A DNA stretch of 64,000 bases, taken from positions 60,328-124,327 of the IMG/VR virus record IMGVR_UViG_3300009488_000018; one strand, 5' to 3'. Below the pieces are notes generated by a model. The model had not been told where the DNA came from. It saw only the letters and a list, made by a program, of their open reading frames with translations, and did no database searches. Origin of the DNA: a virus. The translations under genes were made by a program, and so were the position numbers. Each line of letters opens with the position of its first letter. Position 1 is the first letter of the stretch. Positions 46,931 to 57,393 of the stretch are shown here, one piece after another.

Positions 46931-47229
46931 TCCTTACTGAAGACATGAAGTTCACGGTTAACATTCCATAACTTCCCAATAGGAGTAAGAACCTCTTTTA
47001 TAATGTCACTAGTACGGTCGTCCCAAATCCTTATTTTAACACCAAATCTCTCTTTCTCCCTTATAGGTTCCACTTTATAAAATATCTTTGGAAAAATCTT
47101 GTTTAACTCTCGGTCGATTCGTCTCATCAAACTTTCGGACATAAAACAGTGATGACTAATAATTATATTAGTATTAATACAACCATCAAATTTCAATTTT
47201 TTAGACTTACATATAATTACATGTTTCAT
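46927..47229 (-). CDS. PK(L/M/I)F-family small protein
   Basis: IFPKIFYKVE. Confidence 0.6.
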   Translation of the reverse strand: MKHVIICKSKKLKFDGCINTNIIISHHCFMSESLMRRIDRELNKIFPKIFYKVEPIREKERFGVKIRIWDDRTSDIIKEVLTPIGKLWNVNRELHVFSKE

Positions 47230-47232
47230 AAC

Positions 47233-47481
47233 TTATTCTCCTATTACTCTAATGTTAGCACAGTGGAAGTAATCACCTACAATTATATACATAGGTAGAC
47301 ACCTAACAGTTAACTCTTGACTTACATAATATTTTTCTGACTTTGAAACATATATAGATATGTTATTATCTTCTATTTCTACTCTGAAAAATAACTTTGG
47401 AATTATCCGATTTATAATATTGTAAACATCATCTAAACATTCAATTAAACTTACTCCAGCTCCTCGCAGATCTATTACCAC
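47233..47481 (-). CDS. PK(L/M/I)F-family small protein
   Basis: IIPKLFFRVE...IYV. Confidence 0.6.
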   Translation of the reverse strand: MVIDLRGAGVSLIECLDDVYNIINRIIPKLFFRVEIEDNNISIYVSKSEKYYVSQELTVRCLPMYIIVGDYFHCANIRVIGE

Positions 47482-47483
47482 TT

Positions 47484-47732
47484 TTATTCTCCTATTACTT
47501 CTACTATAGTAATTGGTCTTTGTTCTCCTGGATTAAAGTCAGACATAAGTATATCACTATTCAAAGCCCTTATCACATCCAAAGCTAGCCGCTCCGGAAC
47601 ATATATATTCATACATAAGTCAACTAATTCAATACTAGAAAACATTCTCGGAACTATTCTATCAACAACCCTACGAATCTCTGTGCCTAGACTATCTCTA
47701 AACCAAAATTCAAACCTAAACTTAATAGTCAT
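47484..47732 (-). CDS. PK(L/M/I)F-family small protein
   Basis: IVPRMFSSIE...IYVP. Confidence 0.6.
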   Translation of the reverse strand: MTIKFRFEFWFRDSLGTEIRRVVDRIVPRMFSSIELVDLCMNIYVPERLALDVIRALNSDILMSDFNPGEQRPITIVEVIGE

Positions 47733-47892
47733 TTTTCTATTCTCCTATTACTTTTATTAGAAACAACTTTTCCCTCTAGTAATTAATATATATAGATAAT
47801 AAATAGACAAACTCGAAAGAGTAATGTAATTACTCATTTTATATATATTGTAAAACCAACATATATCTATATATATTAATTGGTATTAAAGG

Positions 47893-48083
47893 TAGGGTTT
47901 GATGGTTGATACAACGGGATTAATTATGTACCTATGAGCGAGTCGAGGGGGACTCAAATGCTCAGGCCGATTAGTTAGTATTAGTATATGGGTGGAGCCT
48001 TAAGCCAGGGCTTTGAAGCCAGTATATTTTACGCTAGCAGACACCGTATCGATGACACTTAATATCGAGGCTGTCAAACCCTA
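47893..48083 (+). ncRNA. candidate ~190-nt structured ncRNA
   Basis: Starts just after the promoter motif (47867); closing stem TAGGGTTTGATGGTT/GGCTGTCAAACCCTA. Confidence 0.55.
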
Positions 48084-48135
48084 TTCTTCAATTTTTTTAG
48101 AAGACTAAACAAAGATAGAGGAAGGAGAACATGTT

Positions 48136-48426
48136 ATGAGCGACAAACGAAAAATCAAATTTGGAACTCCGTATGGAGTGGTTATCCGCATTGACTTTGA
48201 CGAACGCAGTTTTATGCCAAAATATGCTTGTTTCATGGCATCTGGGAAAGGCGTTACTCAATTGTTCCAAAAGTCCATAGACATTGGATATCTTGTAAGT
48301 CTAATGTATCTCTACCAAATAGACCTCCAAAAGATCCAGTCAATGTCTGATCAACGTCATACACCTATAGTATTAGTTTACTCTGACGGTCTTGAAGACG
48401 TTATAGTAGAATATACTTATGATTAG
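48136..48426 (+). CDS. hypothetical protein
   Basis: AAGGAG RBS. Confidence 0.6.
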   Translation: MSDKRKIKFGTPYGVVIRIDFDERSFMPKYACFMASGKGVTQLFQKSIDIGYLVSLMYLYQIDLQKIQSMSDQRHTPIVLVYSDGLEDVIVEYTYD

Positions 48427-48484
48427 TTATAGATAATAAAGAAATGGGAGAGTCCGTAGATTTGGACTTCCAGGATACTACTGT

Positions 48485-48745
48485 TTAATCCTGTCTCCCC
48501 TTTTTTTGTTCAGGATTATTTAAACCATAAAGCTCATCTATCATCTCTTTTACAACGTCATTAGAGTCTAATTCAAGTTTTAGATGCTCTGTAAATATAG
48601 CAGCAATTTCATCTTTTATATGAGTATTATGAAACGCTTTTAAATCCTGTTCTATATTGATAGTCCAATTCGCTTTAATAGTTCTTTTAACAATAACTTC
48701 ATCGTTCTCATCCAAAAAACATAAACCCAGTTTTATATTCTTCAT
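48485..48745 (-). CDS. hypothetical protein
   Basis: Coupled to the upstream ORF. Confidence 0.6.
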   Translation of the reverse strand: MKNIKLGLCFLDENDEVIVKRTIKANWTINIEQDLKAFHNTHIKDEIAAIFTEHLKLELDSNDVVKEMIDELYGLNNPEQKKGRQD

Positions 48746-48924
48746 TTTCTCTCCTTCTCTTTAATAGTTAGAAGACGTCCACACCACGGACAATATTTAA
48801 AACTCTTACCTGTATAACCTTCCTTACTTCCCCAAGCCATGTTAGTCTGTATTAGAATCATACCATCTATTATTTTAATGTTTGGTTTCCAGTCTGGACA
48901 ATCACATCCCCGTTCTTCTCCCAT
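48742..48924 (-). CDS. small CPWCG protein
   Basis: FKYCPWCG. Confidence 0.6.
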   Translation of the reverse strand: MGEERGCDCPDWKPNIKIIDGMILIQTNMAWGSKEGYTGKSFKYCPWCGRLLTIKEKERK

Positions 48925-49236
48925 TCCTTACCTCTCTTTAGTAGTTAATAGTTTCTTATTGTTTGTTCTACCTATATCTAATAGAATCGCTATATATATT
49001 AATTAGTAGAAGATAATTAAGTTTGATTAGTTCACAACATTTTAAAGAAGGGAGAATTAAGAAATGAGAACAGAGAAGAAACAAATAGAACATAAACATC
49101 CCACATATCGATGTGAAATCTGTAACAAGTGTATGAGTATCATTGATTACATAATTAGCAACATTTGTGGGAAATGTACTGATAAGCAGGTGGAGCTTAT
49201 CAGTATCAATCGTTAACCTTAATTGGGGTGGAATAA

Positions 49237-49776
49237 ATGAGAAGGATATTTATTTTCATTACGCTATTATTAGCGTTAATCATTTCTTCTAATGCCATTG
49301 CCATGGAGTATTCTATTTTAGGTGTTAATACAAAATGGCTAAAGGAAAGAGATTGGAAGAAGGTAGTATTAGGAGCAGCCACTTCGATGGCTGTTCATAT
49401 TGCAGGCCATTTGCTCTATCTAGAATGGCAGGGAAAAGATTGGCACATGGAGGATCCATTCACTGAGGTTTGTGAGGATCCCCTGACCCCTAATGAAGCA
49501 AGATGGTTTGGTCGGGCTGGATTCGTGGCTCGAGTAGGTACAGCTCTTGTCCTATCTTTAACTATGAAAGATTCAGACTTTACTAGAGGGTTTTGTGCTC
49601 TCACTACTGTCGGAACTGTTACTTATCCGTTCCTACAGGATTCGTCAGAGATGCCTGGAGATTTCGCAGTGATAGACAAACATGGTGGTAATTGGAAATT
49701 TGAGTATGCTTTGTATTCAGTTGGTTCTATAACCAGTTTGGTTTTATCAATGAAAGAAGAGGAAGAAGAGATATAG
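49237..49776 (+). CDS. exported/membrane protein
   Basis: Signal peptide NAIA; HIAGH; TM segments. Confidence 0.65.
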   Translation: MRRIFIFITLLLALIISSNAIAMEYSILGVNTKWLKERDWKKVVLGAATSMAVHIAGHLLYLEWQGKDWHMEDPFTEVCEDPLTPNEARWFGRAGFVARVGTALVLSLTMKDSDFTRGFCALTTVGTVTYPFLQDSSEMPGDFAVIDKHGGNWKFEYALYSVGSITSLVLSMKEEEEEI

Positions 49777-50049
49777 AGAGTAGAAATATAGAAGAGGAGG
49801 TAAGTCATGCGTGAAACGGAGATGTCAAAAAAATGGATTGTACTCTATTGTATTCCAGCTATCGTTCTTGGAATAGGCTTCTGGGGTACAGTCCTTTATC
49901 TAGGCTGGCATTTCGTTACAAAACTCTGGTTTCCGGAGTAGTAAACTTTATTTCAACTATTAATAAGTAGAAAAGAAAAGATCGCTATATATATTAATAA
50001 CTCGAAAGGTTTATTATTCAAGACTAATTTAAAGGAAAGGAGAGACAAA

Positions 50050-50391
50050 ATGAAAACAGTTACAAAAATAAAAGCTAGAATTATCATATATCCAATCTTG
50101 CTAATTACAGCAATTGTACTGTATCATTTCATATGTATAGATAGTATTGGACTGAAGTCGCAGGAATACCTTGCAGAGCATAACACTTCTTTTTCAATTA
50201 ACTACATTACCAATACTGTTACTGTACATAATGTCATCGGCGAAAGAATCATACCATCAAGGGTCTATAGCTTCTCCGAAAAGCTACTTAGTAATGTATT
50301 GAATAAAGCTTACCTTTCTAAAAGATATAGTAGGTATGATGTATACACTCGTATCATACCAATCCGCGTAGAGTTTAGTTTAGATAGTTAG
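50050..50391 (+). CDS. membrane-anchored hypothetical protein
   Basis: N-terminal TM segment. Confidence 0.6.
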   Translation: MKTVTKIKARIIIYPILLITAIVLYHFICIDSIGLKSQEYLAEHNTSFSINYITNTVTVHNVIGERIIPSRVYSFSEKLLSNVLNKAYLSKRYSRYDVYTRIIPIRVEFSLDS

Positions 50392-50560
50392 AGTGATGGA
50401 GGCCCTTGGTACATATGGGGAAATTGGTTGGGATTGATCAATAATCTCCCAACCAATTTTTTGTTACAATAATAGGAATAAGAAAAGTTCGCTATATATA
50501 TTAATTAGTAGAAGATAGAGTTTGATTATTTTACAACATTTAAAGAAGGAGAATTAAGAA

Positions 50561-51370
50561 ATGAGATATACTGATTTAGAAACACAATTTAGAGATCATC
50601 AATGGGGAAGTCGCAAAAGTCTAATAGAAGATACGTTCCTTAAAGAAGGACATGATTTTACCAAAAGGAGTCATGTTATAATATATAAAGATACGATCAT
50701 AGGAGAGGAATCAGATGTACATCTTTATTTTACTCCAAAGAGTAAGATGTTATATAAAGCAGTAGTATCTATGATAAATATCTCATCATATAAAGCAATG
50801 CAAAAAGTACAAAACATATTAGTAGCTAAATATGGGTTACCCGAACCTCGATGGTTCAATGAAAATGGCGGAGTTTTTCGAGATTGGGACTTTGATAAAT
50901 ATCTGATCCGAACGAGCATTCTCTTTCATCCTAGTAATTCTTATAGCTTTGGTGTGACCTATATATCTAAGCATTATTATAATATTTATAAACTAGAAGA
51001 ACTAAAAAAAAGAAAGGAAGTAAGAAAAATGACAAATACAAATAATGAAAAAACAGTTCTTTGTAAGTGGTGTGACGAACCCACTTCTATGTTAGGTACT
51101 GAAGAATGTAATAGATGCTGGGAAGTAACATCTCGTCTGAGCAGCTTTCTGAGATCTCAGAAGGCTAGAGATTTTGTAAGACAGATTTTGTTAAGTCGTG
51201 AAGAGACAATATACTTTCGATATATACGGGATCCATTCGCTACAGAATCTAAAGAGAAAGTGGAGAAACAATATAAGGATTATTATGAAAGGATTCGGGA
51301 TCAAGACCAAGAACCGCTCAGTTTTGACGAATGGTGTGATACAGTAGAATATATACCAGTGAAGAGGTAG
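50561..51370 (+). CDS. F..Y.WG / KYG.P paralog fused to a Cys-containing C-terminal part
   Basis: FRDHQWG, FTPK..LY, KYGLP; CKWC...CNRC. Confidence 0.65.
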   Translation: MRYTDLETQFRDHQWGSRKSLIEDTFLKEGHDFTKRSHVIIYKDTIIGEESDVHLYFTPKSKMLYKAVVSMINISSYKAMQKVQNILVAKYGLPEPRWFNENGGVFRDWDFDKYLIRTSILFHPSNSYSFGVTYISKHYYNIYKLEELKKRKEVRKMTNTNNEKTVLCKWCDEPTSMLGTEECNRCWEVTSRLSSFLRSQKARDFVRQILLSREETIYFRYIRDPFATESKEKVEKQYKDYYERIRDQDQEPLSFDEWCDTVEYIPVKR

Positions 51371-51413
51371 ATAGATTCTAATTCTAATATTATCTAAAGA
51401 AGGAGGACTAAAG

Positions 51414-51668
51414 ATGAAGAAGTTAATTATTTTAATGATTGCAACTCTGTTTCTTGCAAGTTGCATTACTCCACATTCGCCGAGAGGCCACCACAATAGA
51501 GGTGATGGTGAGGGTTCTACTGTTTCCTCTATTGATGGAGCACGTCCTGGTTACGGATATGGGGACGAAAACCACGACCATTATGGGCCTCCTGGTCAAG
51601 ACAAAGGTGAGGGTAACAATGGTGAAGGTCATGGACATGGTCATGGCTACGGTCATGGTAAAAAATAA
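51414..51668 (+). CDS. Gly/His-rich lipoprotein
   Basis: LASC lipobox; GHGHGHGYGHG tail. Confidence 0.7.
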   Translation: MKKLIILMIATLFLASCITPHSPRGHHNRGDGEGSTVSSIDGARPGYGYGDENHDHYGPPGQDKGEGNNGEGHGHGHGYGHGKK

Positions 51669-51933
51669 CCGTCTTATAAAGAGGGAGAAAATGAGTGAAT
51701 ATTCCAAAGGACAAGCAGAGGGATTACAAAGAAATCTGGATCTGATTAGAAAATATGGGACAGATAAAGACAAAGATTGTTTGAGAGGCTCAGGAATGGC
51801 AGGTAATAAGCCACTATCCAAAACCTTTTACAGACGACTTTATAAGGCTACTGGACTCAAACATTTACCATAAAGAGAGGAGAAAGCAATAACGATAATG
51901 TTCTCTTGGTAGCAACGATCCCGAGATGGATAC

Positions 51934-52308
51934 ATGAATGGAGGATATATTATGAAACCAGAAAAGATACTTAATCCAGCAATCAAAAAAGAGAGTATTG
52001 CTTGGATATTAAGTCATCTGGATATGTACCCAGAAGTATCTGTCAAAGTTAACGATACTGTTGACAGAATCGATATTAACTTTCACAGTGATGTTTGTGA
52101 ATCATGGTTTTTTCAATGGAAAAATATCCGTAAACGGTGGATTGGTTACATCAAAGTCGATAGAATCACATTTTCGATGATACGGGAATTTATGCCAAAT
52201 TTCCAAGGTTCACGAGCATCATGTAATCTTATGTCTACTATAGATGCAACAAAGTTCGTTGCATCATACATAACTCGTATGAGTCTGTGTGCTAACCGAA
52301 GGAAATAA
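51934..52308 (+). CDS. hypothetical protein
   Basis: GGAGG RBS; start probably at the second Met. Confidence 0.55.
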   Translation: MNGGYIMKPEKILNPAIKKESIAWILSHLDMYPEVSVKVNDTVDRIDINFHSDVCESWFFQWKNIRKRWIGYIKVDRITFSMIREFMPNFQGSRASCNLMSTIDATKFVASYITRMSLCANRRK

Positions 52309-52604
52309 TTTAATCTACCATCTCGGGATTATTTGTATTCTATATACTAAAGAAAGGAGAGTTAAAATGAGATCTGACTATCGATGTCGGCGCTTTAGTG
52401 GTGGTTATGAAGGTAGCTACTATGAGATCTCTTGGGTAAAGAATGGACGTAAGATCGTGTTAAACGTGAATAAGAAAAAAGCTACTCAGTTTTGTAAAAA
52501 GTGGGGTATCAAAATCTACGACCCAGAAGATAGGTTGACACCTGGGTATTATGGCAATAGCAACATGCATTTGAGATGAAAGGAGAGGAGGACGTTATAA
52601 TACT

Positions 52605-52787
52605 ATGGAACTAGACATAAAAGTAAACGTACCAGATAAGATATTCAATAGAATAGTAGAAAACACAACAAAAGAATATCCTCAACATAGTAAAGAACAT
52701 ATCATACAGGCGTCGAAAACAGCGGTTAGAATACTTGCTAGAATAGCTGCTGAAGAAGCAATTTGGAAAGGGAAAGTCAGGTTGTAG
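52605..52787 (+). CDS. hypothetical protein
   Basis: GGAGG upstream. Confidence 0.5.
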   Translation: MELDIKVNVPDKIFNRIVENTTKEYPQHSKEHIIQASKTAVRILARIAAEEAIWKGKVRL

Positions 52788-53039
52788 ACAATGGATCTAA
52801 AAAAAGAAGTATTAGAAGCGAAAAAAGATTTACAGGATAACATTAAGAAAGAGGAGAAAGAATGACAAAATGGGTAAGAAAGATAGAGATGATTGCCGAA
52901 GTCAAGATGTTATTTTCACAGTATCGTAATGGAACTATCACTCGTACGAAACTGGAATTTGAGATTATATCGATACTTGGTGCAATTGAGACTGACGACT
53001 AGTAAGTATTAATTAGAAGAAAGGAGGGAAAGATTAAGA

Positions 53040-53237
53040 ATGAAGGTAACTCGTGATATTGTAGAAATAAAAATAGACTCTCGTGAAGAGGACCAACAAT
53101 TACAACGATTGTTAGAAGAGCACGGAATACCACAAATTTGGTGGCCGTCAGGAGGTTGGATACCTTATCCAATAAAGTATACATTGTCCGAAGACGAGTT
53201 TAAGAAAATTGAGGGAGCCGAAATTTTGCAACAGTAA
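53040..53237 (+). CDS. hypothetical protein
   Basis: AAGGAGG RBS; followed by a terminator repeat. Confidence 0.55.
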   Translation: MKVTRDIVEIKIDSREEDQQLQRLLEEHGIPQIWWPSGGWIPYPIKYTLSEDEFKKIEGAEILQQ

Positions 53238-53384
53238 TTTTTAAGTTGGTTGGGAGTCTAATACATTCTTCCAACCAATTTTTTTGTTACAATAATAAGA
53301 TAAGGAAAAGATTGTTATATATATTAATTAGTAGAAGATAGGCTTTAGTTAATTTTATAACACTTTAAAGAAGGAGAATTAAGA

Positions 53385-53480
53385 ATGAGAAAATTATTCA
53401 TACTATCGGCCATAGTGGCTTTCCTGAAAAAAGTATGGAACTGGGTACGTTCAATCCACCACCCGGTTGGAACCAAGTAA
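53385..53480 (+). pseudogene. orphan signal-peptide remnant MRKLFILSAIVAFL...
   Basis: 5' end nearly identical to 53817 and 55096; stops after 31 aa. Confidence 0.55.
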
Positions 53481-53816
53481 ATAATCTCGATAAAAGGAGA
53501 ATAAAATGACCAGTCCAAGAACAATTAAAGTAAACCCTTGGGACCTAGACAAACACCCCTCCTGGAGAAAATTCCTTGAAGAGAAGGATGAAAGACTTAA
53601 GAAAAGGAAAAGGCAAGCCCAGGATAGGGGTAATAGGAGTAGAGGTCATGGTCGTAGTCGTGGTAGATAAACAGAATTGGTTGGGAGAGTGTATAGTAGT
53701 CTTCCAGCCAATTTTTTTGTAACAATGGTGGGAATAGAAGAGATCGCTATATATATTAATTAGTAGAAGGATTAAGACTTAGTTAATTTAATAACATTTA
53801 AAGAGGAGAATTAAGA

Positions 53817-54281
53817 ATGAGAAAATTATTTGTACTATCGGCTATGGTGATTTTCCTGATGGCAGGATGTGCTGCGACTTATAAACCACCGGTTACATCT
53901 TCACATAATATTGTGGAGGGAATCCAAGGCTTAAAGTCGGATTTATTTAAGGCGTCAAAGCAAGTTCTTGTAACGGAAGGTTATCAGATTCTTAGCTCTG
54001 ATGAAAAGTCGGGTACGATCTCGACAACGCCTAAACGATTAAATCTAGATGAAACGTCTTGTGACTGTGGGACAACAATGGGTTTACCTTATATCAAGGA
54101 CAAAAGGACTGTTACGACTGTCTCTCTAGGTCTGTTGATTACCGCCAATAAGATAATCATTAAGGCAACTATTGATGGTGAGTATCTTAAAGGTGACATA
54201 GTTCATGGTGTGAGTATGGTTTGTGTTTCAACAGGAAAGATAGAGAGAGATCTAATACGGAAGATCAAAATGCAGCTGTAA
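53817..54281 (+). CDS. lipoprotein
   Basis: MRKLF...MAGC lipobox; DCG and CVSTG..E motifs. Confidence 0.75.
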   Translation: MRKLFVLSAMVIFLMAGCAATYKPPVTSSHNIVEGIQGLKSDLFKASKQVLVTEGYQILSSDEKSGTISTTPKRLNLDETSCDCGTTMGLPYIKDKRTVTTVSLGLLITANKIIIKATIDGEYLKGDIVHGVSMVCVSTGKIERDLIRKIKMQL

Positions 54282-54498
54282 TCGTTCTCGATGATATTAT
54301 GTACCTGGAACGAATATTGAGAGTCACTAAATATTATTAACATCTGTATAGAATTGGTTGGGAGTATGTAGTAATCTTCCAACCAATTTTTTGTAACAAC
54401 AGTGGGAATAGGAGAAGTTCGCTATATATATTAATATTAGATTAGAAAGGTTTATTACTCAAGATTAATTATAAGAACTTAAAGAAAGGAGAGATAGA

Positions 54499-55074
54499 AT
54501 GAAAAGAGTAATAAAAATGCAGATCGTGTTTGCAGTAATAACGTTGGTACTCATGGCGTTATTCATAGTATTTGGAGTAAACCCGAGGAGGGCGAACGCT
54601 ACTGAGATACAACCACAATTTGAAGATTATAAGTGGGGCAGTACTTTCGATGAAGTAAAAGAAATGATAATTTCAAAGGGACATCACATGGATCCCAGAT
54701 TTACTCAACCTGATCTCGGCACTATGATTTCTTCAGATAAAATTCTGGGCTGGGAGGTTAAGGTTTACTTTCACTTTACCCCAAAAACACAAAAGTTATA
54801 TCAGGTATCTTTGTCCTGGGACGAGCTTGGAACGGTAATAGTATATGACTCCTTGCTTCGAATATTAACTAAAAAATATGGTCCTCCCGAGATAGATAAA
54901 AAAGATGAAAAACTATATTGGCAAAGAGAATCTGTGTCATTATGCCTATCCCTTACTCGTACCAAAAAGAAACTTCACTTAATGTATCTCTCAGAAAAAT
55001 ATTCTAAACTAAATATGCAAGAATGCAGTGAAATAGCAGAAACCCAAGAGAAAGAAGCTGAAGATAAACTTTAA
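54499..55074 (+). CDS. exported F..Y.WG / KYG.P family protein
   Basis: Signal peptide; FEDYKWG, FTPKTQKLY, KKYGPP. Confidence 0.7.
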   Translation: MKRVIKMQIVFAVITLVLMALFIVFGVNPRRANATEIQPQFEDYKWGSTFDEVKEMIISKGHHMDPRFTQPDLGTMISSDKILGWEVKVYFHFTPKTQKLYQVSLSWDELGTVIVYDSLLRILTKKYGPPEIDKKDEKLYWQRESVSLCLSLTRTKKKLHLMYLSEKYSKLNMQECSEIAETQEKEAEDKL

Positions 55075-55095
55075 TTAAGAAAGGAGAATTAAGAA

Positions 55096-55566
55096 ATGAG
55101 AAAACTATTTGTATTATTAACTATGACGGTTTTTTTGATGGTAGGATGTGCTGTATCTCCTGAATCTCCTACCAGATTGAATCCAGTTATAGACCAAGGA
55201 AAAATTCAGGAGTTAACCGACGGTCAGGTGTTGGGTCTGTATCTTTACAATGTCAAATATAAAAATTTGGAACGTGCAGCAAAGATCCTTATGGACGTAG
55301 AGAGGAGAAAGCTCTTTCCACTTGAAGAACGACATTTAATACTTAGTCAGACTCTCAAGGTTGGTATGTCCGAAAGAGGGATGTGGCTAGCTATGGGACG
55401 AAAGTGGAATCATATTAACAGATCTGTAGGGTCTTATGGTATACATAAACAATACGTTTACAAATATAGACATGGATGTAGCAGATACGAATATGGTTAT
55501 AGTGGTTATTGTAAACGAGTTTATGTCTATGTTGAGAATGGTAAAGTAACGGGATGGCAAAACTAG
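55096..55566 (+). CDS. lipoprotein (SmpA/BamE-like C-terminal pattern)
   Basis: MVGC lipobox; GMS...AMG...YVENGKVTGWQ. Confidence 0.7.
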   Translation: MRKLFVLLTMTVFLMVGCAVSPESPTRLNPVIDQGKIQELTDGQVLGLYLYNVKYKNLERAAKILMDVERRKLFPLEERHLILSQTLKVGMSERGMWLAMGRKWNHINRSVGSYGIHKQYVYKYRHGCSRYEYGYSGYCKRVYVYVENGKVTGWQN

Positions 55567-55578
55567 GGAGGACTAAAA

Positions 55579-56064
55579 ATGAAAAAATCAGTACTAGCAT
55601 TAGTTATGGCGATTTTTCTAACATTTGTCTTGTCACTTACTATACCTACGCAATCGTATGCAGACTCTAAAATACAATTCGAGAATTATAAGTGGGGTAG
55701 TAGTATCGATGAAGTAGAGGGAATAATACTCTCAGGCGGTTTTGGAGCTAGACGACTCGCAGGTTGCATTCCGGGAGTTAGTTATTTAAATAAAGTTTTT
55801 GACGAGGAAGCTTACATACGATTTTTCTTCACTCCGAAAACGAAAAAATTACATATGATAAATGTTGAGTGGGATAACAAACCTGGATGGGAGAATGTCT
55901 ATCTAGTAAATTCGATACTCAAGACGTTAACTAAAAAGTATGGCAAACCACGAGATTTGAGTAAGTCCAAAGAAGGTTATATGTGGCTGGGAGAGAACGC
56001 GGAGCTGAGATTAATTGTGTCCAGTTTTAAAACTCGATTGATTTATTGCTCTTTACTCTGGTGA
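55579..56064 (+). CDS. exported F..Y.WG / KYG.P family protein
   Basis: Signal peptide; FENYKWG, FTPKTKKL, KKYGKP. Confidence 0.7.
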   Translation: MKKSVLALVMAIFLTFVLSLTIPTQSYADSKIQFENYKWGSSIDEVEGIILSGGFGARRLAGCIPGVSYLNKVFDEEAYIRFFFTPKTKKLHMINVEWDNKPGWENVYLVNSILKTLTKKYGKPRDLSKSKEGYMWLGENAELRLIVSSFKTRLIYCSLLW

Positions 56065-56167
56065 ACGGTATGAGAGAGGTTGGTTGGGAGTCTGATAGTC
56101 TTCCAGCCAATTCTTTTCATTCGGGATCACTCGTATTCTGTAAACTAAAGAAAGGAGGAAACGAAAA

Positions 56168-56842
56168 ATGGACAAGGATTTCGAACATATAGAGCATTCT
56201 ATTAAATTATACACTAATTTATACTTGAACACGGGAAATTCAAAAATTCCAGTAGATTTTCATAAATTATATGATGCATTATTTTTCTTCTATGACCAGC
56301 ATCTCCAACATATAGAAACAAAAAACATCCCCCCAATAGAGATAATTCTTGACCCGAAGGCAGCTTCCAACTCATCAGAGGATCTTCAAATGAACTGTTC
56401 AGGTTGGTTCTCCCTAAAAACTGGGGACTCACGAGTAGTAGAAATTCTAATCTCAACAAGATATATATTGATTCCAGGAGGTGCAGGAGAGATAAGAGAC
56501 GAGAAACGATCTCTTGATTCACCTTTGGAAGCTCTATTTACGACTATTCTTCATGAGACTTACCATCTAGTTTCTTTCTTAACTAACTATAGTGATATAA
56601 ACAGAAAAAGAAAGATCACAATGGAAGACTACTTTAAGGAGATTTATGGTAAGAAAATGAAATTTGCTGATAGAATCTCTCAGAAGTATAAGTTTATTTA
56701 CGGTGAGAAGATAGCTCTTATGTACCATAAATCGGAAATAGAAGCTGCGAGATTTGCTTATTCTAATTTAAGTTACTTTGAAAACCTATATAATAAAAGT
56801 TGCCAGTTCTATACCTCGTTTACAAAGTGTGTAAACGATTGA
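56168..56842 (+). CDS. HExxH metallopeptidase-like protein
   Basis: TILHETYH...EIEA. Confidence 0.6.
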   Translation: MDKDFEHIEHSIKLYTNLYLNTGNSKIPVDFHKLYDALFFFYDQHLQHIETKNIPPIEIILDPKAASNSSEDLQMNCSGWFSLKTGDSRVVEILISTRYILIPGGAGEIRDEKRSLDSPLEALFTTILHETYHLVSFLTNYSDINRKRKITMEDYFKEIYGKKMKFADRISQKYKFIYGEKIALMYHKSEIEAARFAYSNLSYFENLYNKSCQFYTSFTKCVND

Positions 56843-56935
56843 AAATTACTTAACTTTGTTTTTGGTTGGGAGTCTATCAATACACCTCGATAGTCTTCCG
56901 GCCAATTTTTTATTGAAAAGAAAGGAGGAGGAAGA

Positions 56936-57370
56936 GTGAGACGACCAAAAACAATTAGTTTAATTCTTGCAGCTATCGCAGGAATTCTGATGGGGCTTGC
57001 TTTAAGTACAATGAAGGCAAGTGGAGAAGCCGAAATTATGCCAGCAATCAAGGTACAAATAGACTTAATAAATACGGCACTATACAAAGGACATTCAGTT
57101 AAAGAAGCAATGTACATAAAATCAAGGTACCATTCTAAAATTTATTACATAGGTGCGATTGTTCGTACTAAAGATAAAGGAGATGTATTAACATTATGGG
57201 CTACTAATGTATTCTACGATAGACCAGTTGGATTACTATTTTCTGTAAATGAATTAGCTTATGAATTATCTGGTATGGGAAAAGGAAAGAATACAAAAGC
57301 TAGAGTTTGGAGAAATGATCCAGAAGCTCGTGCGTTGAGAAACTATTTTAATGTAGAATGGGATTATTAA
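56936..57370 (+). CDS. exported hypothetical protein
   Basis: Signal peptide. Confidence 0.6.
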   Translation: MRRPKTISLILAAIAGILMGLALSTMKASGEAEIMPAIKVQIDLINTALYKGHSVKEAMYIKSRYHSKIYYIGAIVRTKDKGDVLTLWATNVFYDRPVGLLFSVNELAYELSGMGKGKNTKARVWRNDPEARALRNYFNVEWDY

Positions 57371-57393
57371 AAAAAGAAGAAAGGAGAGACAAG

